DNA of 64,000 nt from Octopus vulgaris. Lineage: Eukaryota. The stretch lies in assembly GCA_951406725.2 (NCBI GenBank), contig OX597832.1, positions 9,176,001-9,240,000 on the forward strand. Direction: 5' to 3'. Made by a program: the position numbers and the translations under genes. The stretch's first letter is position 1. Each line of letters starts with the position of its first letter. The notes below the pieces were generated by a model. It did not search any database, had not been told where the DNA came from, and saw only the letters and a list, made by a program, of their open reading frames with translations. Positions 1 through 12,159 of this stretch are shown here, in pieces.

Positions 1-404
1 TAAAAAAAAAAGAAAATCACAGTAGCGCATAAAGAAAACTACAGCATCATAGACGTTCCCAAGACAACAAAATATTTTTTAAAAAAACACATAAGAATTG
101 TGAAACAAAAAATATGCGCATAACATTTAACAAGATTTTATTCATAGATTTCTTTATGTATTTTTGAGCAGCTGGTGAAAAAGATTGGGTGAAAAATAGA
201 TTTACGCTTGAAAATGTCACGTTAGAAGTTTCCATGTTGCGCAAGTTTTTGGGTAGGCTAACAGGTACATGACAGCAATAAACACAGCGTTGGGTTTACT
301 TTTACTCTTTATTTGTCTATATTAATTTTATTTTATATCGATGTTTATCATGTAATACTGTGAATATTCACGACCATCATCATCACCATCTTTTGCATAT
401 ATGC

Positions 405-441
405 ATATGTATATATATCTATATATCTATCTATCTATCTA

Positions 442-514
<73 letters not shown>

Positions 515-864
515 CAAATATATATGTATGTATGTATGTTTATGTGTGTGTGGTGTGAGTGTTGTGTGTTTGTGTGAGCGCGCACCCTTGTATATATGCG
601 TGTGTGCATTCGTACATATATATGTTTGTACGCTATATATATTGTACGCTATGTATATTTGCTTTTGGATAGTAAGGAAAAAATTGTGTGAGCACGTATG
701 AATATAAAAAAATGTTAGCGTAAGAGTGTGTATACAATTTACATACACCATCGCATAGGCCCATATGTGCATACGCATACTTATACGTGGATACACGCAG
801 GTATATGCATATATGTACAACTTGATATATGTATATATACTTACATACGTATATACATACATAC

Positions 865-926
<62 letters not shown>

Positions 927-935
927 GTATATATG

Positions 936-985
<50 letters not shown>

Positions 986-1005
986 TGTGTATATATGAAT
1001 GTGAG
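405..1005. repeat. Compound (AT)n/(TATC)n/(GT)n microsatellite field
   Basis: Directly visible pure and degenerate dinucleotide tracts; explains the YI-repeat ORFs at 443-1080. Confidence 0.95.
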
Positions 1006-3979
1006 TGCATATATATTTATTCACCGTCGTATCTTAGGATAGCATTCTTTATAATACGTGCACTTGGAGACAAATCATAATGCAGCAGGTGACGCAGATA
1101 GGTGAGTGTTAAATCGTCATAAAGCCACGAACATGAACATTAACTGTATTGTAATTTCAAATAATATCTTGTCTAGAATGTTTAAATATATGATAATCTT
1201 CGCAGCGAGGAACTACATATTTTATCCGATACATCATTTAAACGAGCTCATTACATAGAATATCAAGAAAGATCAGCTGCCCGTGTGTGGAAATTACCTG
1301 CTGTGATGTGTACCTTACATCATACAATCACAGAACTCTGCCAGTGAATGAGGACAACCACACAAAAGTAATGCGTGTTTGAGTGCATGATTCCTAGGCA
1401 GCCCATTTCTCATAAAATAGGCAGATTCATTGAATTTATGCAAATGCAGAGTATAGGAGTGTGTCCTCAAAACGTAACGGTTGTAATAAATATAAACGTA
1501 ATGTTTGTAACAAAGATTAAGTGTTTGCTGTGCTGTGAATTCTGATGAGAAATATTAATTGCTCCAGGTGTGACATGCATGGCCGCGCACAACTGTCTAC
1601 GGTTCGGTAGACTAATGACTTGAATTCCCAAGAAAGATCAATACTATGCAATATCATTTCTTCTAGGCCGGGTGATTTCACCTTCGTAGTACGTGAAACA
1701 TGTAGCACGGAACTCCGCGTCTGGAGAGACATATCGCGGTCCTCAAAGATCATACTTCACGAATTTACGCGATGAATCCGGCGTATAGTGAATGTTACAA
1801 ATTTCGTCTGACACCTATGCATCAAACCAGATATATATGAAGCGGGAGTTAATGATTATCTCAGAGGTTTTAGATGAAAGGGCAGAAAAGCCAAAAAAAC
1901 TGAGAGAGGCGACAAGCATCTCCAAAGATGCAAGAATAACCGCGCATGCAGAAATACATACACTTACATACATACATGCTTGCATGTGCAAAAAAAAAAA
2001 ATCAAGCAAGCAAAAGAGTAATGTATTGGCATTGTTCTAGGTACTCCAAAGGCAAGATCCGAGGTCGAAATCCATCGCCTGTGGACTTTGAAAAACCAGC
2101 TAGCATTACTAAGTATATATGATACATTTTTATACAATGATATATTAGCAAAATGGCATTAATAAATGATTTTATTTATTTATTTGTGCCGTATTGAATA
2201 ACAACTATTTCGGATATATATTTTGGGTGTGTTTGTACTTCCTGATTGATTGATTACCTGATAATATAATGAACAATCTAACGATTAAATGAAGACAAGA
2301 AAAAGAGTTGAGAAGTAAAAAGTAAGGTAGGGAAGTGGGGGGAATTTGGTCATTGTTTTTTGTGTATAGAACTAAATCACATGATTCTAGCCACCAGCCT
2401 TAAGTTATTGTTGTCGCTTCTCTTGGCTGAATAGTATTAACATCTGGCATCGAAATTTGACGCACAACTTCTTTAGTGGTCAGGTTTTGGTGAATCTACA
2501 ATGTTCTGGATGTTATCGGTGATTACAAATATATTTTCGATGCAGTGGTATATCTAGAAATATGAAGTATAAGCATAAGACATTTTACTGCAATATTTAG
2601 AACCAGCTCTCAAGGATAAAAATAATAGTATATAACATATAAAATCACAGTACTACAAGCACTACAAAAGCTCTAAAATGCATGACTAGTTATCATTGGT
2701 ACTCACGCAACAGAAAGATGGTATAGAAAATTCCACAGGTCTTCAATGAGGAGAATAAATCAGAGCAAAACAAAATTTAAATAAATAAAAAAATACAAAG
2801 AAATCATGTAAACAGGATAATATACAATGAAGTAAAAATAATTACAAACACGCAGGCAAAACAAAATATCATGACAAATACAATGAAAATAAAATGGAAA
2901 TAAATGAGGATAGATGTAGGCAAATACAAAATAACAGTAAAAAATACATATACACGCAATACTTGCGTCAAGAAATACATAGCTAGCGGAAAAAGTAGAT
3001 CTACGTATCACCTAAGTAATTGACCGCTGCCATTTAATTTAAGTATGCCTCATCCCTAATCTTATGTGTTATAATATCTATACCTTACATGATCAGTATT
3101 TAATTATCTAGGGATGATCTAAAAGTTATGTTGTTAGTTTGCTTAGATCGTATCACTAATTCCTATTTTTCATTAATAGTCTTATAGCTGACGTATGTAG
3201 TAGCAGTGACTGCTCTAGGCAAAGTTCGCATTTCATTTTCCGTACGATGAACGGCGGGGCTCTGTTTTATTCTTTATTTTCGGTATCTTTAAGATGCTAA
3301 ATCAGCTTTTTTAGTGTATTCCAAGTTTCTTTAATTGTTGTCTAAATGAGGAGATGTGATTATAATGTGTATCCTTGAAAGCTATTTCGCAACATCCTGT
3401 CGTATGGTAAACGGTATTGACTGTAAAGAACGACCATTTATACACTATGTTCGTACCAAATTAATTTCGTTTTTTAGCGCGTCCTTTTGGATGACGACTA
3501 AATTATATTATAGGCTTAATTCGTTAGAAACGAATAACGAAGATAACAGAGAATTCACATTATCTTCCACAAAACATGTATTGTAACACAGCGAAAATAT
3601 ACACATACAAATGGATGTTCAATTCAAGCGCATTAATACAAGTGGAAATTGAAACAAACGTCTTCATGGAAGTGGAAATTCAATTCAAACAAACATATTC
3701 ATACTAAGGACAAATGAATGCCGGTTGGAATTCACTTAAGAATTTGTTCAGTGCGTGTTGTCAGACTTCATGTCAACATAACTAATTGACACAAAAGTAA
3801 GTCAAAGGTAAGTAATTATCTAACGACCGGTGCGTAATGTGAGAAGGAGAGAGAGTGTAAAAGTCCAAAAGAAATTAGTTTAGCTAGTTTCAGCTACCAT
3901 GCTAGACTGGCAAGCGCAGATGAGCCAAAAGAGAAATTTACTGCGTGCGTCGTCGTGTATATCCGTGTAGAACAAAAAC

Positions 3980-4016
3980 GCGACTGGTTGGAACATGAGG
4001 ACAACTCTCTTTTATA
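3980..4016 (-). promoter_or_regulatory. Candidate RNA Pol II core promoter (TATA box + initiator), TSS ~3985
   Basis: Minus strand reads GC-TATAAAAG (4016-4009), then CCAGTC (Inr-like, A+1 at 3985), placing TATA at -31. It lies in a locally CpG-rich, apparently repeat-free segment (~3820-4140). Confidence 0.5.
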
Positions 4017-4536
4017 GCTACACCGTTCAGCGCTGCCTAGCTGTCAACTACGCGCAAGACCAGATAACTCAGGGTTATTCCCCTTTTTAAACTAAATCGA
4101 CCGTATCAAATTAATGATGTCACCGGTGTCTCATATACGCCTACAGTTTATTTTCCGGAGATACTTTCAGGTCTCTACAATTAAAATACAATTATTGCCA
4201 ACATTAACGCAAATTTTGCTGTTGTTATTGTGGTTATAGTTTTTAGTATTTTTGCGGTTGATGTTTATATTATTGCTACTGTTGTTGTAACTCCCTTTCC
4301 TATAGTTATTACACATAATGGATTCACTATTATTACTGTTATTATTATTCGTTTTGCTGTTTTTCCTAATATTATACTTATTACACGGTATTACCATTAT
4401 TATTATCCTTATCATTATCATTATTATTATTATTGTTGTTGTTGTTGTTGTTATTGTTGTTGTTGTAACGACAGGTATTCCTATTCTTGTTTGTAGCGTT
4501 TATATTTTCAATTATCGATTTTGTCTCACATGTTTT

Positions 4537-4640
4537 AGGGGTCGATGAAATAAGTAGCAGTTGAACACTGGGGTCCTTGTTATCGACTTAACCACTTCCC
4601 TGAGATTGCTGGCCTTGTGCCAATATTTGAAACCAAAATT
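4537..4640 (+). mobile_element. 3' fragment of SINE family A
   Basis: GGGGTCGATGAAATAAGTAGCAGTTGAACACTGGGGTC...GGCCTTGTGCC matches the 3' half of the copies at 15035 and 52558. Confidence 0.75.
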
Positions 4641-4699
4641 ATTATTATAAATGCTGCAATTATTATTAAACTAGTGGATGCTTAATTAGTTAGCAGTTA

Positions 4700-5790
4700 C
4701 TTTATCAGAATTCGTAGCGTCAGATTTCCTCAAATTACATGACTATTTTTTTAGAATTCTTGTAGAATACAGAATGGTAATTTTCTAGTTATCGATGTGA
4801 ATTTCAATTCCAATCTCTTTTAAATAGCTTTATGGGTTAATGTGCTAAGTGCACCTATTAACAAAGAAATAACTGCTTTCTCACTAGATCCAAATATTTC
4901 ACAATTACGTAATCTCGTTTGTATCGAAAGTTCTAACATAGTGAATTGAAAAGTTTATGATCTTGCACCGTTTCTGTCACACTTTATGATCATATGTGGT
5001 TTTCTTTCAAATATATGGTCAGTCTTTATTGGAATATCTCACATTTTGTTTGTGTTTATAACAATTCTCAAACGATTCACTCGGTTAACATTCCAATACA
5101 ATATTTTGCCCTCACTGTCTTATCTGCACGTATGTTCTTTTTATACAAATATACTGGATTGAAATTTGATTGATGCTTTCGTCCACTTACTTGATCATTC
5201 TATATTTTCTGTCTGACAGATTTTTCGGTCTTTGCCTTCATGAAATTTGTTCTCACCACTTGTTATGAACGTCACTTTCCTCTTTTGCTTAACATAATCT
5301 CCATTGCTAAATCCAGCTGATTTTTGTCAATTATATATTTAGTCGAATTTTGTCCTCAAAGCCAGATTTTGAATAGCTACTAAAACTTTATGTCTCCCTT
5401 CTCAATCACAATCATGTCTCACTATTAATATTTTCGGCTATTATCTCCATAAACTGCCAACCAGGTAAGCTTACTTCTTCTTTTTTTCTGGTTTTTAACT
5501 ACTTTTAGCATCTTTGTTTACCTGTCTCTAACTGTTACGCAGCAGTAATCCTTTCAGTATTACCCACATAGAGGCTACATCTAATCTAGCTAAGTACACA
5601 CAGTCAGTCTTCTACTGATATCGAACCTCTACCACCTTCTTTTCTAGGTAAATATACATTTGCTACACCTACTCTCAATTCTCACTTTCATTTGTATACT
5701 TAGCACTCTGTCAGATTCTAGCACTCCCAGATACGTATAACTCTCTAATTCTTCCATTGCAGGCATTCAGGAAATGTGATGAGATACCCC
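4700..5790 (-). mobile_element. Old, heavily degraded Dong/R4-like non-LTR retrotransposon fragment (RT thumb to RLE endonuclease)
   Basis: Piecewise minus-strand translation gives colinear motifs: ESYTYLGVLESD (~5745-5710, YKYLG), VYLPRKEGGRG.ISVED (~5660-5610), LVAIQNLALRT (~5385-5352, AAQDQAL.T), DIPIKTDH (~5035), ISLLIGAL (~4860) and KITILYSTRIL (~4780). Many stops and frameshifts. Confidence 0.75.
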
Positions 5791-6147
5791 AGTTATTTTG
5801 TCCATCGTTTGTACACAAAACTGATTAATTATTTTTCATTTTCGTTTTTCTTTTCTTTTTTATATTTTTTCTTTCCTTTCCATTTCGCCTGGTGTCAAAT
5901 TAAAAATTGAAGACTGATGATGTCATTCCGTTGAAGTGGGAACGTAAGAAAGCCTCATTCAAACGTTTGAATTGGAATAACTATAATTTTTAATTTCTAT
6001 CCATAACACATTTTCATTTTCAACTCAACAAATATAGGCAAGCTTTCGAAATATCTAGCAAACCATTAAAATTTCTATTGCAGTCGCATTGCATTCTTCG
6101 TATTGTCTATCTATCATTGTGAAGAGTTACGCAAATACTTTTAAAAT

Positions 6148-6151
6148 ATCA

Positions 6152-6237
<86 letters not shown>
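6148..6237. repeat. (TTA)n microsatellite flanking the LINE 3' end
   Basis: Pure TTA tract directly abutting the element's 3' UTR. Confidence 0.95.
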
Positions 6238-6240
<3 letters not shown>

Positions 6241-7287
6241 TAGTTTTATTTTTATAGCGTGCTTTCACTTCACTACCGCGCACAGCTCTGTGTGCCTTGG
6301 GTATGTGCTGTGATTTGTTGTGATGCTCTGATGGTTATTGTATGGAAAGTGTTCTGCGTAGGATGTGTGCAGTGCCTAGTAGTGCAATTTTCTGTATGTT
6401 ATATGTGTTTGTAAGTCCTGGTCTTTTTGTTATGTATTTGTCTGAATATTTTTCTTATCATGACTAATGCACCTACTATGATAGGAATTGTTTCTGTTTT
6501 CAGATTCCACATTCTAGTTACCTCTATTTCCAGGTCTTTGTATTTTGAGAGTTTCTCCATTTCTTTTAGAGACACGTTGTCATCAGCCGGTATTGATACA
6601 TCAATTAGAAAGCATTTTTTTTCTTCATAATCTCTGATAACTATATCTGGTCTGTTGGCCTTAATTTCTCTATCTGTGTGTATCGGCATATCCCAGAGTA
6701 TGGTTGCTTTCTCGTTTTCTGTGACCTTTTCTGGTGTGTGCCTATACCATCTTTTTTCTGTTGTTATTCCATAATGTTGGCATAGCTTCCAATGTATGTA
6801 GGTTCCAACTCTGTCATGTCTGTGAATATATTCCTTCTTAGCCAAGACTGGGCAGCTAGAGATAATATGATTTATTGTTTCTTGTCCATCTCCACATATT
6901 CTGCAGTTACTTGTAATATTTCTTTTCATTACATGTTTTTGGTAATTTCTGGTGGGGAGGCTTTGGTCTTGTGCTGCAATTAAAAATCCCTCTGTTTCTG
7001 CTTTGAGTCCTGAGCTTCTCAACCATTGCTGGGATTTTTCTTTGTCTATTTCTTTTGCGTTTAGTTTAGTCCAGTATTTACCATGAAGGGGCTTTTCTTG
7101 CCATCCTTTTATCATGGTTCGTTGCTGTTCTATTTTTAGTTTGGATTTCATTTGTTTTATAGCTTTTGTTGTTTCTTCTTCTTCTTCTTCTTCTTCTTCT
7201 TCTTCTTCTTCTTCTTCTTCTTCTTCTTCTTCTTCTTCTTCATGTTTATTAGGTGGTATGATTTCTTGTTTGTATTTGTCAGCTTCC
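6238..7287 (-). mobile_element. 5'-truncated Dong/R4-clade non-LTR retrotransposon (CCHC knuckle + restriction-like endonuclease), pseudogenised
   Basis: ORF 6399..7535 contains LKAETEGFLIAAQDQSLPT, CRICG..ETINHIISSC (CCHC), RHDRV, ILWDMPIHTD and NRPDIV...IDVSIP...EKLSKY (PD..D..K RLE motif). After a frameshift near 6450 it ends IQKIALLGTAHILRRTLSIQ* (stop 6337-6335). A ~95-nt 3' UTR runs into (TAA)n, and TAA repeats flank both sides. Confidence 0.92.
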
Positions 7288-7363
<76 letters not shown>

Positions 7364-7371
7364 CATTATTA

Positions 7372-7402
<31 letters not shown>

Positions 7403-7510
7403 CATCATCATCATCATCATTATTATTACTATTATCATCATTATTACTATTTTTATTATCATTATCCTCATTATCAACATCCTTATTATCATCATCATGA
7501 TCATCATCAT
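7288..7510. repeat. (TTA)n/(TCA)n trinucleotide tract
   Basis: Directly visible; supplies the spurious poly-N/D N-terminus of ORF 6399..7535. Confidence 0.95.
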
Positions 7511-9080
7511 TTCTTCTCTTTTCGGTCAAAAACATATAACTCCGACTTCTCCACCATGGATTTTTTCATTTGTCACTCTTATTATATTTCATTTTCTTGA
7601 CATCAACGCCCACATATTTTGCTGCAACAATTCTTACTCTGAGAACTCAGGTTTTAGGAAGTTATATACCATATAAGGTACAGTATTCCAACGATCATTC
7701 AACGTATCAAATAAGAACATCTATCTTATAGGAACAACATTTTAAGAGATGGAACGGCGTAGGCTACGACTTCACATTCATTGGTTTACAGCTCTTTCCA
7801 TCTAAAGCAATTGTGCATTATGTGTTAAATGATAGCGTGATATCTTATAGCTTTCTTAGGGCCTTAATACGAACACCTTTAACATCACTTCATGTTATCG
7901 CTCTCGTGATGTCCTAAGATGTCACAGAGTGACATCAAGCCTTTTGGATATTAGCGATTATTGTCACGAATAGTTTTCGTTTTGTAAGTTCTAACAAACT
8001 GGATGAAGATGTTCCAAAAAAAATAACAATATTTGAAATCTGCTCGTATAGCGGTTACGGAAGGACAAAATGCGAACTTATATTCGAAACATATGTTGCA
8101 ACAATAAATGTCAGAAGCTTCGTAACATAAAATAAGATTACGCTCATGAGTATAAAAGTTTACAAAATGAATATTTGCATATTTATTCTTAACACGTTTA
8201 GGTAGATTCACGATGAAGTTAAGCTGGCCTCTTTAGTGAGTCTAGGATGATAAAATTTTTCTTTTACAACTGTGTGTTGAACAGCACCGAATCATTGGCG
8301 CATGATACTCTCTACTCTCTTTATTTCTGTATTTCATTCGTTCTAAACATACCCTTATTATCTTTAGTTTCTCTTGCCAAGAAAGCGTCGCCTTCGTGCT
8401 TTTGAGCACATTGAACTACATTGTTTAAATACTCTCTAAGACGTCTCACAATGAAGTTTAAAAATGCCGAGCAGTGTCATATTTACTGTAACCCCAACGT
8501 CACTCAAAACATGGAATATTTCATAAATTTGTGCATATCTGTCAACGAAAAGCACAACAGTTTCATTGTGAATAAAGCAAAGTATATCAGAAATTTCTTC
8601 CATTAAAATAGCAACTTACATTCATGATATAATATTTTTGCTTTTATTTGGTTCTAAAAGTGCATAACTAATTGATTGGATTCCATCGTTCTGAATAGTT
8701 GATGATACCCGTTTAAAAGCATTAATGTTTTTCAATGTTTTTCCGAGTTTTTCTGTTTCTGAACGAGAGAAACTAATTCAGTGTAATTACACGTTATCAG
8801 ATAACTTATGTTTACCTTTAACAAGAAAACCGAAGTTTTATCTGCATTTCTAAAAGCATGTAATTCTAATTGGATTTTTCTTTTAAATTTATCTTTGTTT
8901 CTCGAGCGCTAAATCGATGTTAACCCTGTTTATCCAAATTGCTGAAAATTAAAATATGTTTGAAAATAGATCGTGTGATGTTTCATGACAATTCGTAAAT
9001 AGATACTTCTGTCAATCACCGACGAAGATCTATTCCATATGGGAAGGGTGATTTAAGTTAACAAGCTATGAGTGTTTATA

Positions 9081-9083
9081 TCC

Positions 9084-9142
<59 letters not shown>

Positions 9143-9536
9143 AATTGGACATGGGCGATCGTTCTATTCTTTCTTGTCTTGAGGTTCAGAGCCAGACCGC
9201 TGGGTGGATTCGCGTGAAAAATGTCCCACATGTGGAGACAGGTATATAGAATGCATCATGTATTTTTTTCCTAACCCCAATATTTACCGGGAAAATCGAT
9301 TAAAACTTTATATAATGGAATTTTCCTCTATCTTCTGCCACTAACATAACAAGTTGCCTAGAAGCTGTTTTCTGGCGACGTGGGGTCAGGAAACCCTCAT
9401 ATAGCTGGAGGCTCCAATCGAAACAGGTGACCGGAAATAATAAGGTTGACAAACGCTATTATAGATTATTCATAACCGAAAACGATCACAGCCATATAAT
9501 CCAAACAAACCGGGTGAAACCGGGCTTAGCTGCTAG
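9081..9536 (+). mobile_element. Non-autonomous Helitron-like element (family H1)
   Basis: Starts A|TCCTATATAT and ends with a GC-rich subterminal stem CCGGGTGAAACCGGG, then ...CTGCTAG|T (CTAG 9533-9536); no TSD. Confidence 0.6.
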
Positions 9537-9548
9537 TATATATATATA

Positions 9549-10061
9549 TCTATATATATAAAACTGTAGTTGCGTGAGTGTATGTCCCCTTCGATTTAGA
9601 TTCCTAACTATTCCCACATTTTGCGGTGCAGTTTAACCAAATTCAGGTATCTTATAGTCGTGATTCATATCGAGCCCGTCTGGCTATTAGCGCGCGTCTA
9701 CGATGAGTCTACGATTTTAAAAATAATTTAACATCATTTTTTATTCCATTTTAATGCATAATTTTTCGTGTGTCGGTGGCGGCGGAGTTGGCGTCCATGC
9801 TCACATCTGCACCTGTGTTGCTTTTCCCCCGTCTTCCTTCCCTCGTGAAGCTGTGGGGAAGGGAGTGCAAGGAAATCAACGTCGTAAAGCGTTGTCAAGG
9901 AGACCAGCGTTCTTTTAGAACAACGACTTCATGGCTTGAAGACACCAAAACAGAAATGGCTAAGAAAGCCCGAATTGGCATCTATAAGGGAAGTAACTCT
10001 TTAAAAATGCTTATATAGTTATTTCCCTTGCAAACCCGAGCAACGCCGGGCGATACTGCTA

Positions 10062-10062
<1 letters not shown>
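9549..10062 (+). mobile_element. Non-autonomous Helitron-like element (family H2)
   Basis: 5' end A|TCTATATATATAAAA; 3' hairpin CCCGAGCAACGCCGGG then GATACTG-CTAG|T. A homologous copy lies in reverse orientation at 60216-60613. Confidence 0.85.
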
Positions 10063-10114
<52 letters not shown>

Positions 10115-10118
10115 TATA

Positions 10119-10286
10119 TAATAGGGTGCTGAAAAATTCCTAGCGTTCAGGGTTTCGTGAAGGCCTGGTTTTCGAGGCATTTTACGGGATTTTGAAGGCA
10201 ATATATTGAATAAAATCATAATGAACTAATCCTCCTGCATTTTGTTTTACCCAAAACCAGGAACTTTTTCCAGCAACCGCCTAGTA
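10119..10286. mobile_element. Mariner-type MITE (degraded)
   Basis: Imperfect TIRs GGGTGCTGAAAAATTCCT ... AGGAACTTTTTCCAGCAACC in TA context; ~165 bp; no coding capacity. Confidence 0.6.
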
Positions 10287-11269
10287 TACAACATTTCGAT
10301 TACCAATAAAAGCTTTATTGTATAGTAATGCCTGGGTGCGGGGAGACAATAGTCCAATGACTGAAAAATAAATACGCCATTTTTTATTTATTTTGCACAA
10401 CTAAAACTAGTATCGAAAGCTTCCTTATGCATAAACATTTATAATATAATACGTAATATAATACATCATCACTCTTCATATTCACATAAACCAATAGATT
10501 TAGTCTTAAATTCAAATAATTCAACTACACTGCCAACCGAATTATTTTGCATTTAACAATTTAAAAGAAAAGCTTTTATGTAAATAATAGAAAGCAATAA
10601 TAAAAACAAAAAGATTAACTAATCTCAAAATATACTTCATTCAAAAGAATTTATATTTGCAAAAAAACAAGAATGATGAGGCCGTCTTGAGTCGTTACGG
10701 AAGTATTTTCTGAAATGTCTCGCAGAGAAGAGCTTTACAAATAATAAATCATGTTGCTGTTTATTTTTCACTTAAACATAGTATTTCTTACACATATTTC
10801 AACTTACATACTGATGGCAAATTGATGCAAGTTTACGTAATTTTGCATTAGAAATTTAAGCCTGAGTACAAATCAGATGTTCGTATCGCACATTCAACTT
10901 ACTGAAAGGCGACATGGAATAATACGTGGTTTGAGTCATTGAGTATCCGGAGTACTGCCGTAGTAACTAGGTTAAACACTAAGAGTAAAGCTGTTTGGAA
11001 CAGATTGACCTTGACCTCTGGTTTACGTGCGCACTAAATTTTAACGTTCTAGCTCACATTCACTGTTTACAGCAGTGCTTGGAAGAAAGGTGTGTAACTT
11101 GTCATCGTCGCCTTGCAAATAATAGAGGACGTAGCGCAGAGAATCTGCATCAAACTAAAAATGTTTACATAGCGAGGCCTCATCAATATACAAAAAGCAG
11201 ATATTGAGGATATATACATGCATATATACATACATACGTAAATACATACATAGTCACACACACACACAG

Positions 11270-11309
<40 letters not shown>

Positions 11310-11372
11310 TTATATATATATGTATGCATGTACATATATATATATGCATATATGTATATGTATATATATATT

Positions 11373-11430
<58 letters not shown>

Positions 11431-12159
11431 AAATACGTTAGGGCTTGTGTATCCAGCCCACTAAGGGATAGTACTTATCCAATATACTGTTGGTATACTA
11501 CCCAAATTATTAATACACAAATGTTTTTAATTGCAATGCAATGATCTCACCTATTGTATTAAATGGGTGTAGGTAAAGAGATATTTTACCATTAATTTAT
11601 ATTACAAATAAGAAAATGGAGAAACACATTAGTTGGTTTATCAGCTTTAGTATATTAGAATGTTGTCTTATTTAATTAACAAAACTACAACCATAATAAC
11701 ATACATATATACAGTTGTAAAATTCAATACATTTAAGATAAGAATACAAATATTTATTAAAATTACATTAATATGAATTGTTAGAATCATTAATATTCCA
11801 TACAGCTGTTTCAGCCTATGGAAAAAAGGAATTTTCTGCGGCCATACATTTAAGCTGTATTTAGGTTGAAGGCAGTTAACAATGGGTAATCTCTGACGAG
11901 GCCTATGGATATATATATAGGTACCCCATTTTTTTTCGTTGTTTGAAAAAAATTCGTTTCCATGTTCTTGTTTTTATGTTTTCGTTTCCCATTGCGTTCA
12001 AAGTATTTTTTTTTGTCCTGCATCCATATATGCATGTAGCTGTAGGTATGTACATATATGTATGTATATATGCATATGTTTATATATTACTGTTTATATA
12101 TGTTAGTACATTATGGAACGCCACGCATCCATTTCCAAGTATATGTATATATATATATA

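Noticed and set aside
1517-1753. 78-aa non-repetitive ORF
   Set aside because: No recognisable family or motif; length is within chance expectation.
6399-7535. 378-aa ORF as an intact host gene
   Set aside because: The N-terminus is microsatellite; the rest is a 5'-truncated, frameshifted LINE endonuclease region.
7893-7940. Small hairpin / GATGTCAC-AGA-GTGACATC palindrome
   Set aside because: Too short for a pre-miRNA and plausible by chance.
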